A DNA stretch of 64,000 bases from Geopsychrobacteraceae bacterium (GCA_963662315.1 OY759353.1:1600001-1664000); one strand, 5' to 3'; numbered from the stretch's first letter, positions 48,807 to 58,734 are shown. A program made the numbers and translations. Notes: a model not told the origin generated them from the sequence alone.

Positions 48807-51497
48807 ATGCGAGCGCTTAATTCTTATCGCTATCTATGGTCAATACTTGTCAACCTGGCACTGATTATAATCGTTTTACCTGCTTCCGTGTCCTGTGCCG
48901 CCCCTCCGTTACGCCATATCCTCTTCCTCAATTCTTATCATCAGACCATGGGCTGGTCGAAAAACATTCTTGCTGCAGTTCTCGACGAACTTGATCCTGA
49001 CAATAATAATATTGCCGTGAACATTTTCAATATGGACACCAAGAATACCTTTAGCGATGAATACCTTAAAGAGCTTGCTACCTTCTTAAAGGTCAAAACC
49101 AAAGGGATTCAGCCTGATCTGATTATTGCCTCGGACAATAACGCTTACGACTTTTTAAAACAATACCGGGATAGCCTGTTCCCGGCGGTACCGGTTGTCT
49201 TTTGCAGTGTCAATAATCTGGACATTGACGAAGCGCAGAAACTGGCCGGATATACCGGGGTCGAAGAAATTTTCAATGCACCAAAAACATTGGATCTGGC
49301 GCTCAGTCTCCACCCGAAGACACAAGAAATCCTGATCATCAATGATTATCTGACCTCCGGCAGAGCCGTAAAGGACGAGATCAAACGCCAGCTTGAATCT
49401 TACCCGGGGAAGGTAAAAATCAGCTATGCCGAAAAAGGTCCGGTTGAGCAGATCAATGCCAAAGTCCGAGCCTTGGGTCCCAACAGTATCGTCCTGCTCG
49501 GAGCTTATTACTCAGACCAGACGCACAGGCACATTGCCGGCTACGAAAAAATGGGGCCGCTGCTAATGGAAGGGACGACTGTCCCGGCCTATGCGTTATA
49601 TGACTTCCATGTCCATGAAGGGGTTATTGGCGGCAAGGTTGCCAGTGCTTACCAGCAGGGGAAGATGGCGGCGGAGCTGGCTCGCCGAATTCTCAGCGGC
49701 GAAAGCACCGATGCCATCCCCATCGTGCGCAGCGGCACAACAGAATATCTTTTCAATTATGCGGAACTGGCCAGGCATTCCATCAAACTCAGCGCATTAC
49801 CTACCAACAGTAAAATCATCAATCAACCCTTTACTGTTTTTCAAATCTATAAAAAGGAAATCGTAATCTTCGCAGTTTTTGTCGGTCTGCTGCTGATTGT
49901 TATCTGCCTGCTGCTGATCAATATTCAGCATCGCCAGCGCATTGAAGCTCAACTGAGAGAGAGTGAACTCAAACTCAAAACCATTTTCAATCAGGCCTAC
50001 GCGTTTATCGGCCTGTTAACCCCTCAGGGAACCGTCATTGATGTCAACCAGCCAAGTCTCAATTTCTGCCAGGTCAAAATAACCGATGTCGTAAACAAAC
50101 CATTTGCAGAAACCCCCTGGTTTAATCACTCTGAACACGTCAAAAGCCAACTTACAGAGAATCTCAAAGCTGCCGCCAAGGGGCAGGTCATCAATTTTGA
50201 AACCATCCATCCGGCAAACGGGACACCACATATCTTCGCTGCCACCCTGTCGCCGATCTTTAATGAAACGGGCCAGGTCGTATTTCTACTGTGTGAAGGG
50301 CGGGATATCACTGCTCAGAAAAATGCTGAGGTGGAAAAACAGAAAATCGCCGAACAACTGCGGCAGACACACAAAATGGAAGCATTGGGGACCTTTGCCA
50401 GTGGCATTGCTCACGACTTCAACAATATACTCTCAGCCGTACTCGGCTTCACCGAGCTCAATCTCATCAGCAGCGACTGTCACGGCTCCATACGGGAGCA
50501 TTCCGAACATATTAAGTCCGCAGCATTACGCGGCCGCGGATTGATTCAGCAGATCCTGACTTTTTGTCGCAAAGAAACAGCAACCCCCGAACCGTTTGAA
50601 ATCCATCGGGTCGTCACAGAAGCATTGCAGCTGGTACGCAACAATATCCCGGATCGGATTGTCATCCAGGCCGATATCGATGAGGCAACCGGCTGGATTC
50701 TGGCAGATGAAACCCAGTTGCATCAGATCGTCATGAACCTGTGCACCAATGCATCCCATGCCATGGAAGAGGGCACGGGGGTAATAACCGTGTGTCTGAA
50801 TAAAGATACATTTTCGGTCACCAACCTTCCTCCGTTAGCTGAATTAACCCTTGGCCTGTATGCCCGCCTGGTTATATCGGATACAGGCAAAGGAATGACG
50901 GCAGAAATCAAAAAGAAGATTTTCGATCCTTTCTTTACCACCAAGCCCCTGGGAACCGGAACCGGCCTCGGCCTGGCGATTGTCCACGGTATTATCAAGA
51001 AACTTGAGGGGGGTATCCAGCTCGACAGTGAACCTGGTAAGGGGACAACCTTTACCCTATGGATTCCACTAAAAGATCATCAACCGGATCAGCTGAATAG
51101 TATGCCATCACCAACCATGGCGGCAGAGAATAGCCATCATATTCTCTGGGTTGACGATGAAAAAATCCTGATGACCCTTGGTCAAGAGATGATAAAAGCA
51201 CTGAATTATCAGGTCACCACGGCCGCCTCCGCGCAGGAGGCGTTGACGCTGTTCCAGGGTCATCCTGGCCGTTACCAGATGGTGATTACCGATCAGACCA
51301 TGCCAGGCATGTCTGGTATAGAACTGAGTCAGACCCTTATGCAGATCAACCCTGAGCTACCAGTCATCCTGTGTACCGGAAACAGCTTCTCTATCCCCCC
51401 GGAAACGGCTGCTGAATCAGGAATCAAAGCCTTTTTAACCAAACCCCTGAAGATGGAGAGCCTGGCTCTGGAGATTCAAAAACATTTGCCGCCCTGA
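48807..51497 (+). CDS. Hybrid sensor histidine kinase (periplasmic binding-protein-like sensor, PAS, HisKA, HATPase, REC)
   Basis: LNSYH, SDNNA, GIAHDFNN H-box, NLCTNA, DTGKG, FFTTK, GLGL, VDDE, TDQTMP, KP. Confidence 0.93.
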   Translation: MRALNSYRYLWSILVNLALIIIVLPASVSCAAPPLRHILFLNSYHQTMGWSKNILAAVLDELDPDNNNIAVNIFNMDTKNTFSDEYLKELATFLKVKTKGIQPDLIIASDNNAYDFLKQYRDSLFPAVPVVFCSVNNLDIDEAQKLAGYTGVEEIFNAPKTLDLALSLHPKTQEILIINDYLTSGRAVKDEIKRQLESYPGKVKISYAEKGPVEQINAKVRALGPNSIVLLGAYYSDQTHRHIAGYEKMGPLLMEGTTVPAYALYDFHVHEGVIGGKVASAYQQGKMAAELARRILSGESTDAIPIVRSGTTEYLFNYAELARHSIKLSALPTNSKIINQPFTVFQIYKKEIVIFAVFVGLLLIVICLLLINIQHRQRIEAQLRESELKLKTIFNQAYAFIGLLTPQGTVIDVNQPSLNFCQVKITDVVNKPFAETPWFNHSEHVKSQLTENLKAAAKGQVINFETIHPANGTPHIFAATLSPIFNETGQVVFLLCEGRDITAQKNAEVEKQKIAEQLRQTHKMEALGTFASGIAHDFNNILSAVLGFTELNLISSDCHGSIREHSEHIKSAALRGRGLIQQILTFCRKETATPEPFEIHRVVTEALQLVRNNIPDRIVIQADIDEATGWILADETQLHQIVMNLCTNASHAMEEGTGVITVCLNKDTFSVTNLPPLAELTLGLYARLVISDTGKGMTAEIKKKIFDPFFTTKPLGTGTGLGLAIVHGIIKKLEGGIQLDSEPGKGTTFTLWIPLKDHQPDQLNSMPSPTMAAENSHHILWVDDEKILMTLGQEMIKALNYQVTTAASAQEALTLFQGHPGRYQMVITDQTMPGMSGIELSQTLMQINPELPVILCTGNSFSIPPETAAESGIKAFLTKPLKMESLALEIQKHLPP

Positions 51498-51516
51498 CCC
51501 CATAAGTTCAGGTCTG

Positions 51517-52404
51517 TCAAAGAATACTCTTACCAAATAATGACGCTAACAGTTTAACGGCAATCTGAGCGGTGCGGTTGCCCAGGTCAAGAATCGGATT
51601 GATTTCGACAATATCGACTGAGCGTACCTTGCCACTGTCAGCAATAATTTCCATCAGCAGCTGCGCTTCGCGATAAGTCAATCCCCCAGGGCTCTGAGTT
51701 CCAACCCCGGGAGCCTCATTGGGATCGAGGCTGTCCATGTCAAAACTGACATGCAGATGCGTACGATTGCGCAGCCAGGTTAATGCTTCGCGAGCAATGG
51801 TTCCCATGCCGCGCTCATCGATATCGCGCATGGTATAAATTTTTACACCGCTCTGTTTAAGCCACGCCTTTTCGCCAGGGTCCAGCTCACGAATGCCGAT
51901 CATAACCAGGTCCTCCCCCTGCAGTTTGGCCCCAGGCCGGCCGATATTCACCAGTTCCTGAATCCCCGAACCCAGTAAGGTTGCCACCGGCATACCATGG
52001 ACATTGCCGGACGGAGATGTCTGTGGAGTGTTGGCATCGCCATGTGCATCAATCCAAAGAACACCCACTCTGGTGTGACTCGAGACCCCACCGATAGTTC
52101 CTATCGCCAGAGAGTGATCTCCCCCTAAAAACAGGGGCATCGCCCCCTGCTGAAGAGATAGGACCGCCGATTCATAGGCAGCCTGACAGACATGGCGAAT
52201 GGCGTCGGCAAAGGAGGCCGAGCAATCTTCCTGCAGACAGTTGCGGACCGGCACATAAAGATTTCCAGAGTCATGAATGTGGTAGCCGAGCTGCTCCAGC
52301 GTCCGTGCCAACCCGGCATAACGCACAGCACTGGGCCCCATATCCACACCCCGCTGGTCCTGCCCCAGATCAATAGGAACGCCAATAATACGGATAGATT
52401 TCAT
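51517..52404 (-). CDS. rocF: Arginase
   Basis: [38 protein letters not shown]. Confidence 0.93.
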   Translation of the reverse strand: MKSIRIIGVPIDLGQDQRGVDMGPSAVRYAGLARTLEQLGYHIHDSGNLYVPVRNCLQEDCSASFADAIRHVCQAAYESAVLSLQQGAMPLFLGGDHSLAIGTIGGVSSHTRVGVLWIDAHGDANTPQTSPSGNVHGMPVATLLGSGIQELVNIGRPGAKLQGEDLVMIGIRELDPGEKAWLKQSGVKIYTMRDIDERGMGTIAREALTWLRNRTHLHVSFDMDSLDPNEAPGVGTQSPGGLTYREAQLLMEIIADSGKVRSVDIVEINPILDLGNRTAQIAVKLLASLFGKSIL

Positions 52405-52453
52405 AAATAGCTCCAAAACCTGACGGGGCTGCACAAGCAGGCACGCCAATCGC

Positions 52454-53551
52454 TCATGGTTTCAGGTTGTTCCAGAGATTGGTCATGAAATCCTGAACAT
52501 TGGTCAGAATTGCGACGGCCTGGGCCGAACCTCGGTTGGCCAGTTTGTCAGCGCTGAATTCGGTCATATCAACAATATAGAAGTAAACCGGCCGGACCGA
52601 GCCATCCGGCATAATCCGATAACTGGGAACCATGTTGCCAAAAGCGATGGAGTGCAGTTGGGTCGCCAGGGCAATCACCGTGGTTGCCTTACGCGCATGC
52701 ACACGCATAGCATCCTGAGCGGCATAAACGTTACCCAGCACTTCCGGTAACGGGCCATCGTCGCGAATTGAGCCCGCCAGGACATAAGGAATTTGGTGTT
52801 TTTCACAGGCGTACATAATGCCATCCTGCAGGTTCAGGGCTGCAATAGTCCCGGCGATTGAACCATTTCGCCGGACCTCGTTGAGAATATCGAGGTGGTT
52901 GTAGTGCCCCAGCGGCTGCAACGTCTGGGAATAAATATTCTGTCCGAGGCCGGTCTGAAAACAGGCCGCTTCCAGATCATGGGTTGCCAGCGCATTACCT
53001 GCCAGCAAAGCGTGACAGTAGCCGGTCTCAATCATCCCCTGCATGGCGTGTCGACTGTCTTTGTCAAAGGCAACAGCCGGCCCTAAAACCCAGGCGATAT
53101 AGCCATAATCACGGTCATGCCGCAAAATCCGGTAAAGATCATCGTAGGAACGAGAGAAGGGAGTTTCCCTGGTCCCGCGGGTCCGGAACGAAAATTTGTC
53201 AACAGCATCGGCTGTCAGTCCACGGAATCCTTCGGTATGCACGTAGATCCCCTCTTCTCCGTTCTCAGTCCTGCCGACAGCCACCAGGTCACCCTGCTTG
53301 ACCGTTCTGGCCTCGGCAACCCTCACTTCGTCCCCTTTAAGCACCAGAACAGCATCCATTCGACTTTCTGGAGCCAGGACCCAGGTCCCGTGCTGTAACT
53401 TGACGTATTCGGGATGATTGGAAGTCCCGTGATAATTCTTAGGCACCACACCATCCTGCGGTGCAGGAACAAACTGGGCAACAGGCGCATCAACAAAATT
53501 CGGCAAAGAAAAATCGGGAGCATGGTAAAGCGGAATTAATGGGGCAGACAT
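52454..53551 (-). CDS. AgrE/ArgZ C-terminal-like (TIGR00300-type) putative ornithine cyclodeaminase
   Basis: GNALATHDLE, GHYNHL, GIMYAC, LAGSIRDDGPLP, LHSIAFGN, KLANRGS; directly upstream of arginase. Confidence 0.75.
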   Translation of the reverse strand: MSAPLIPLYHAPDFSLPNFVDAPVAQFVPAPQDGVVPKNYHGTSNHPEYVKLQHGTWVLAPESRMDAVLVLKGDEVRVAEARTVKQGDLVAVGRTENGEEGIYVHTEGFRGLTADAVDKFSFRTRGTRETPFSRSYDDLYRILRHDRDYGYIAWVLGPAVAFDKDSRHAMQGMIETGYCHALLAGNALATHDLEAACFQTGLGQNIYSQTLQPLGHYNHLDILNEVRRNGSIAGTIAALNLQDGIMYACEKHQIPYVLAGSIRDDGPLPEVLGNVYAAQDAMRVHARKATTVIALATQLHSIAFGNMVPSYRIMPDGSVRPVYFYIVDMTEFSADKLANRGSAQAVAILTNVQDFMTNLWNNLKP

Positions 53552-53753
53552 CAGTCATACTCCTTTCACAATACGCGGAACAACCATTGGCAACAGAGCC
53601 TGAACGAATAATGGAACAACATTCAGAGCAACACTTCCCTTCTTTCATGGTAGCGGAAAATGGCCGATCAGCAAGCGAACAGCAACTGAATTCCTGGGTT
53701 AAGAAATGTTTCCGATTATTGGTTATACTTATGCGAGAACATAAGGAGGAAAT

Positions 53754-54509
53754 ATGGACGACAAACAAATTGAGGCCCACCGCGAATTCCTGAAGGATTC
53801 GTTACGCCAGACTATAAATTTTCGTTTTACCGATCAAAATCAGGGAGTCCCCGCCCCCCCAGTACAAAAACCACTGGCTGATGGGCAACAGTTGATCTGG
53901 CTGCCAGGGGCCGACAGCTGGAATGCTTTTCGCGGGACCGACCTGATTGATGCCCTGCTCATGCGCCAAAGCCGACGACGTTTCAAAGTCGATCAGCTCA
54001 GTCAGGCGGAGCTGTCTTTCTTGCTATGGATGACCCAGGGGATAAAGAAAGAACTGTCAGCAGGAACCGCGCTCAGAACAGTTCCATCAGCAGGCTGTCG
54101 TCACCCATTTGAAACATACCTGCTGATTACCGGGGTTGAAGGACTGGAGCCAGGCGTTTATCGCTACCTGCCCTTGGATCACGCCCTCGTGTTGGAACAG
54201 TCGGATGAGGATCTGGTTGAAAAAATTGCACCAGCAACCCTGGGGCAGGTTTTCATAGCCGCTGCTCCAGTGACCTTTGTCTGGGCGGTTCTGCCCTATC
54301 GAACCGAGTGGCGCTACCATACTGCGGCCCACCGGGTCATCCTGCTGGATGCCGGCCATGTCTGTGAGAATCTTTATTTGGCCTGTCAGGCCATTGGCTG
54401 CGGAACCTGTGCGGTAGCAGCCTTCGACCAGGAGAAAATGGATCGGCTGTTGGGAGTAGACGGCCGGGACGAATTTTCCCTGTACCTGGCCGCAGTCGGT
54501 AAATGTTGA
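53754..54509 (+). CDS. SagB/ThcOx-family nitroreductase
   Basis: RQSRRRF, RTVPSAGCRHP, GVYRY, DAGHVCENLYL. Confidence 0.9.
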   Translation: MDDKQIEAHREFLKDSLRQTINFRFTDQNQGVPAPPVQKPLADGQQLIWLPGADSWNAFRGTDLIDALLMRQSRRRFKVDQLSQAELSFLLWMTQGIKKELSAGTALRTVPSAGCRHPFETYLLITGVEGLEPGVYRYLPLDHALVLEQSDEDLVEKIAPATLGQVFIAAAPVTFVWAVLPYRTEWRYHTAAHRVILLDAGHVCENLYLACQAIGCGTCAVAAFDQEKMDRLLGVDGRDEFSLYLAAVGKC

Positions 54510-54553
54510 GAAGAACTAGCGAGTTGCCACCCGGAAACTCCGAAGAACAACGG

Positions 54554-54701
54554 CTAAGTTTTCAGATTGGAAACGAGCAATTTTTCGTTGTGGCAAGGTA
54601 ATCAAGGGGTTGCGCGGAGACGTAGTACTTTACGCCGCACAAGAAAACCCGCAGACTGACACCGCCACAGCGGAAAAGGGCCGTTTCTGGATGAAAACTA
54701 G
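54554..54701. repeat. About 150-bp nested-palindrome intergenic element (MITE/REP-like)
   Basis: Imperfect terminal IRs AGTTTTCA..GAAACG / CGTTTC..TGAAAACT; inner 14-bp stem; central CGTA..TACG hairpin. Confidence 0.65.
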
Positions 54702-55342
54702 CTAAATAAAGGAAAAACGCGGTCAATAATCTGTTGCTTAAATTCGGCCAAGGAACCACTATTGTCAAGCACCAGATCCCAATCGTGGTAACTATCCAAG
54801 GAGTTTTCACTGCTGTGATTATTGGCACCGTCAAATCCAGGGCGCACAACCCGAACAAAAAAACCTCCATGTTTTTTGATCACATTAAGCTCGTTGATGA
54901 AGCGGACATCATCAACCAGGACATGGGTCGACTGGAGATCAAGCGTTGCCAGTTTGCGCTCCCAGGCCTTGGTCCAGTAATCGGGGTCCTGAGCGCGGCG
55001 ATATTCTGTGCCCCACCATTGTAATATGCGGCGAACGGTCACGGCAGACATCCCTGCGCGATCCTGAATGTCCGCATGGGCCGCTAAAAAACCAGACCAG
55101 CTTTCACAACTGGCGAAGGCCTTATTCTCTTCGATATAAAAGACCGTCACCTTATCCTGTTGATCTCCGTAAACAAGCGGCACATATTCTTCAGCATCAG
55201 CCCGTTGTAAAAACTGCTCAACCTCTTCGCGCAATACCGTTGCCATGGGGACAACCTCGATATTCAAAGCGTCCTGCTCAAGCAGAAATTTTGCAGCGGT
55301 TGTTTTTCCTGAAGCTGCTTTGCCGGCAAACCCAACAATCAT
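54698..55342 (-). CDS. Deoxynucleoside monophosphate kinase-like protein (phage T4 gp1/T5 type)
   Basis: P-loop GKAASGKT, RRILQWWGTE, DVRF-x-NE, RP, HSSE, N-x-GS. Confidence 0.78.
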   Translation of the reverse strand: MIVGFAGKAASGKTTAAKFLLEQDALNIEVVPMATVLREEVEQFLQRADAEEYVPLVYGDQQDKVTVFYIEENKAFASCESWSGFLAAHADIQDRAGMSAVTVRRILQWWGTEYRRAQDPDYWTKAWERKLATLDLQSTHVLVDDVRFINELNVIKKHGGFFVRVVRPGFDGANNHSSENSLDSYHDWDLVLDNSGSLAEFKQQIIDRVFPLFS

Positions 55343-55504
55343 TATATCTGTTTCCTTCGGTTCATTTCATGCGTTACGCGTCACAGTGCCCCAACAATCA
55401 GGGAAACTGAGTGTAAAGGAACTGTCTAAAAAATGAAATCATTGAAATCAACATTCTTCACTCAGACATACGGTAGAATATAAGGGAGATTTACCCGGGC
55501 CCGG

Positions 55505-55533
55505 TTGACAGAACCACAGAGGTCACTTATAAG
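55505..55533 (+). promoter_or_regulatory. Sigma70-type promoter for the diguanylate cyclase
   Basis: TTGACA-17 bp-TATAAG. Confidence 0.6.
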
Positions 55534-55630
55534 TTAAACTACAACCTTAAATGTAATTAATAAAGAGCGAGACAAATAGATGATGGAACAGGAGTCCAGA
55601 ACGATGGGTCCAAATAATGAGGCCCGCATA

Positions 55631-57193
55631 ATGAAACTGAAAACTGCTGTCGCCCTCTACTTGATGTGCATCTTTATTTTCGTCGGCGGGACGGTTGCCG
55701 GGTTTTTAAAATTTTATGCATTCAGTACGCTTGAGCAAAGTGAACGCAAGTCACTGTATCATAAAAATCTGCAAATTATTCGCAGTATTGAAAATGAATT
55801 TGAACGCCTTGCGACCTTTGCCGTCGACTGGTCGGATTGGAACGAATCATATTGGTTCATGCAGGATAAAAATGCTGCTTACATTAAATCCAATTTCAGT
55901 GAGAAGACCCTCGATAATATAGATACACTCGGATTTCTGTATCTTGATCTGAATTTCAAAGAATTCTACAGCTATACTTATGCTGATAAGCACGCGGACT
56001 ATGATCAGGTTATTAAGCAAATTGTGGAGAAAAAAGATCTCTTTCTCTCAGCCCTTGAAACCCAGGCAGGTCAGGTAATTTTGTTCCATCCGTTGTTAGA
56101 GAAACACTATTGGTCTGTAATACGTCCAGTCCTTCCTGGGACAGGCAGCTCTTTGCAAAACGGCTACCTTGTCTTGACCCGGGAAATTAATGCAACATTT
56201 TACGCTAAATTGAGTAACCTCTTTGGTGGGCCTATCGAACCGCAAAAAAGTACTCCCTCTTCAGCATATAAATGTCTTGATACAGAAAGTTCCGGGCAAT
56301 ATTGTCAGCGTGTTGTTCTGCTTGATGCCGCCAACGCACTGCTCCAAGTTTCCATTGAAGATACAGAAAAAAAACACCCAATTTATTTACAAGCACATAC
56401 GAATCGCCAGCTCAATCAACAAATCCGGGTTGTTTTTAACAACACGTTAGCAGTTTTGTTGATTTCCGGATTACTGATTATCCTGTTGAATCTGATCATT
56501 TTAAATAAACTCGTGGTTCGCCCCATCTCTTATCTGTCACTAAAATTTACTTCATTTGCCCAGAAAAGATCTCTTCATCGTCGCCTTAAAATATTCGGCC
56601 CCGAAGAGATGCGTACCCTGACGAGTTCAGCCAATCTGATGCTGAGCGAAATTGAAACATTGCACAGCCAGGTAATAAACCTGTCGCAGACCGATGAGCT
56701 CACCGGGGTCTACAATCGCCGCTATTTTCATGAAATGTTTGCCCGAGACAAGGCACATGCCATCCGCAACCAAGAATATATTGCCCTGCTGCTGATCGAT
56801 CTCGACTATTTTAAACAATACAATGACATTTACGGTCATATCAGCGGTGACAAATGCTTGCAGACCTTTACGAAGATTCTGAAAGATAATGTCAAACGGA
56901 GAAGTGATATTATTGCCCGTTACGGTGGTGAGGAATTTATTATCCTGTTAAGCGACACCCCCCTCCCCGGGGTTCAAGCGATCTGCAAACGCATTATCAA
57001 GAAGCTTGAAGATGAAGCGATTCCCCATGAGGGCTCAGCCGTGGCCCATCACGTCACGTGCAGCATAGGCGGAATCGCTGTCATCCCAACCCAGGAAACC
57101 ACGGAAGAAAACCTGATCCTGCGGGCCGACGGGCTTCTCTACCAGGCCAAAAACGCAGGACGGAATCAATATGTCCTGAGTGACCGAATCTGA
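55631..57193 (+). CDS. Diguanylate cyclase with CHASE4-like sensor and HAMP
   Basis: DWSDW CHASE4 motif, two TM helices, DELTG, GGEEF, RxxD I-site; start uncertain (55580-55631). Confidence 0.92.
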   Translation: MKLKTAVALYLMCIFIFVGGTVAGFLKFYAFSTLEQSERKSLYHKNLQIIRSIENEFERLATFAVDWSDWNESYWFMQDKNAAYIKSNFSEKTLDNIDTLGFLYLDLNFKEFYSYTYADKHADYDQVIKQIVEKKDLFLSALETQAGQVILFHPLLEKHYWSVIRPVLPGTGSSLQNGYLVLTREINATFYAKLSNLFGGPIEPQKSTPSSAYKCLDTESSGQYCQRVVLLDAANALLQVSIEDTEKKHPIYLQAHTNRQLNQQIRVVFNNTLAVLLISGLLIILLNLIILNKLVVRPISYLSLKFTSFAQKRSLHRRLKIFGPEEMRTLTSSANLMLSEIETLHSQVINLSQTDELTGVYNRRYFHEMFARDKAHAIRNQEYIALLLIDLDYFKQYNDIYGHISGDKCLQTFTKILKDNVKRRSDIIARYGGEEFIILLSDTPLPGVQAICKRIIKKLEDEAIPHEGSAVAHHVTCSIGGIAVIPTQETTEENLILRADGLLYQAKNAGRNQYVLSDRI

Positions 57194-57248
57194 TTAGCTT
57201 TTATCCGCAAACAGTCCTTTCTCCTTAGGTGTAAACAAATCATCAGGC

Positions 57249-58181
57249 TCAGGCAAACGGACTCCAGCGGTAGTGGTTACGAGGGACATTGATATCGGGC
57301 CGTGGTCCGAACCCGCTATGCCGCCAGGGTTCGATTTCACGCAACCGCCGGATTCGTTCAGCAGTCGGCGGGTGAGTACGCAGAAAACCTGGCAGCTGGG
57401 CGCCCGGAAAGATCCTCTGCCACAAAGGCCGTGAATAGGTTTCTATCTTACCAAGGGCTGTAATGAGAGCCTGTGGGCTCCCCAGCAGGTTTGCCGCACA
57501 CAGATCGGCCTGATATTCACGCACCCGTGACAAGCCCAATTGTGCCAGGGTGCTGAGCTGGGGAGCAAATATCAATAAGACCAGGGCCAGCCAGTTGATA
57601 TGAATAGTGGAAACCAGCATCAACGGCAGACTGAACAGCAGAATGAATTGCCCCACAAATGAGAACAGCGCGGTCATGCGCCCCGATAAGGCCGCCAGGC
57701 TCATGACCCGGATATCGTCATTGGCCAGATGGCTGATTTCATGCGCGACAACCGCCTCGACTTCATCACGCTCCAACAGTCTGGTCAGTCCGGCTGAGAC
57801 AGCAATAGCAGAGTTGCTTGAGCGTCCGACAGCAAAAGCATTTAACTGCCGGGAAGGCAGATAGTACAGCGCCGGGACCGACTCGAGACCTGCGCGCCGA
57901 CTTAGCTCACTGACGATTGCGTGCAACCTGGGTGCCTGAGAAACCGATAGTGGTTTGGCGCGGACCAGACGCATCACCCACTGAGGAGAGTTCACCGGGG
58001 AGAAAACCGCGAACACAACAGAAAATAAAGCCAGCCAGACAATCATGTCTCCGCCCCACAGCAACCAGCCCATAAATGCAGGATAGGCCGCAAGGAATAA
58101 TAGTAACAGGGAGGTCTGAATCCGATTGCGCAGTGAATGGGACAAGCTGTCCTGGCGATCGTGTTTAAATATATGAAGCAT
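57249..58181 (-). CDS. htpX: M48 family zinc metalloprotease (HtpX-like)
   Basis: NAFAVG, AHEISH, SRVREYQAD, THPPTAERI; several TM helices. Confidence 0.9.
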   Translation of the reverse strand: MLHIFKHDRQDSLSHSLRNRIQTSLLLLFLAAYPAFMGWLLWGGDMIVWLALFSVVFAVFSPVNSPQWVMRLVRAKPLSVSQAPRLHAIVSELSRRAGLESVPALYYLPSRQLNAFAVGRSSNSAIAVSAGLTRLLERDEVEAVVAHEISHLANDDIRVMSLAALSGRMTALFSFVGQFILLFSLPLMLVSTIHINWLALVLLIFAPQLSTLAQLGLSRVREYQADLCAANLLGSPQALITALGKIETYSRPLWQRIFPGAQLPGFLRTHPPTAERIRRLREIEPWRHSGFGPRPDINVPRNHYRWSPFA

Positions 58182-58424
58182 CTTCAATCCTTATTGATCA
58201 GATCTTTTCCTGACCTGATAGCCGTACTCCTGCGCAAGCACAAGTCCGGCGCGGTTAGCTGCTAAGCAGCATTATTTTTACCGAATTCGTCGATCTTTTC
58301 GAATCAGGCAGCGACCACATCATCCGCAACATGCGGTTTCACCTTAGCGTCGTAGGCGGCGTCCGGTTGAGGTCCCGCCTCTACCGGATTTACATCTTTG
58401 CGCGACTCCTTATTGTTCATTATC

Positions 58425-58440
58425 TCAAAAGGCATGCCAA
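58425..58440 (-). promoter_or_regulatory. Sigma54 (-24/-12) promoter toward htpX
   Basis: Minus strand TTGGCAT-GCCTT-TTGA. Confidence 0.55.
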
Positions 58441-58478
58441 AGCTTTAGACCTGAGATAACGGGGGGCGCAGCTCCATG

Positions 58479-58543
58479 GCGACCAGCTGCGACGTCACGC
58501 AAACTGTCGCCCGCGACATAACTGCGACATGCCAGCTGCGACA
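58479..58543. promoter_or_regulatory. Cluster of six GCGAC repeats (putative enhancer/UAS)
   Basis: GCGAC at 58479, 58489, 58513, 58524, 58538 and inverted at 58506. Confidence 0.55.
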
Positions 58544-58574
58544 CATGATTCACTGAAAATCAGCAAAAAGCGCC

Positions 58575-58587
58575 TAACCTTTTGAAA
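58575..58587 (-). promoter_or_regulatory. Putative IHF site
   Basis: TTTCAAAAGGTTA, one mismatch to WATCARNNNNTTR, between the repeats and the sigma54 promoter. Confidence 0.4.
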
Positions 58588-58625
58588 TTGCAGAAACTTC
58601 AAGTCAAAGCAAACAGTGCAACAGG

Positions 58626-58641
58626 TTGGCACAGCCTTTGA
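58626..58641 (+). promoter_or_regulatory. Sigma54 (-24/-12) promoter toward the hsp20 pair
   Basis: TTGGCAC-AGCCT-TTGA. Confidence 0.65.
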
Positions 58642-58734
58642 TAAAGACATAGGGCGACGGCACGACAACGCAGCCGTTCACCATAAAAGAAACACACAGC
58701 AGATAAACAGAAGACATTTAATAGGGAGGACATC

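Noticed and set aside
53754..54509. SagB-type gene as part of a RiPP (TOMM) cluster
   Set aside because: No YcaO, precursor peptide or transporter nearby; stand-alone members are common in anaerobes
58304..58420. 38-aa minus-strand ORF ending ADDVVAA (tmRNA-tag-like)
   Set aside because: No tRNA-like ends or RBS, and the ATG lies before the predicted transcription start
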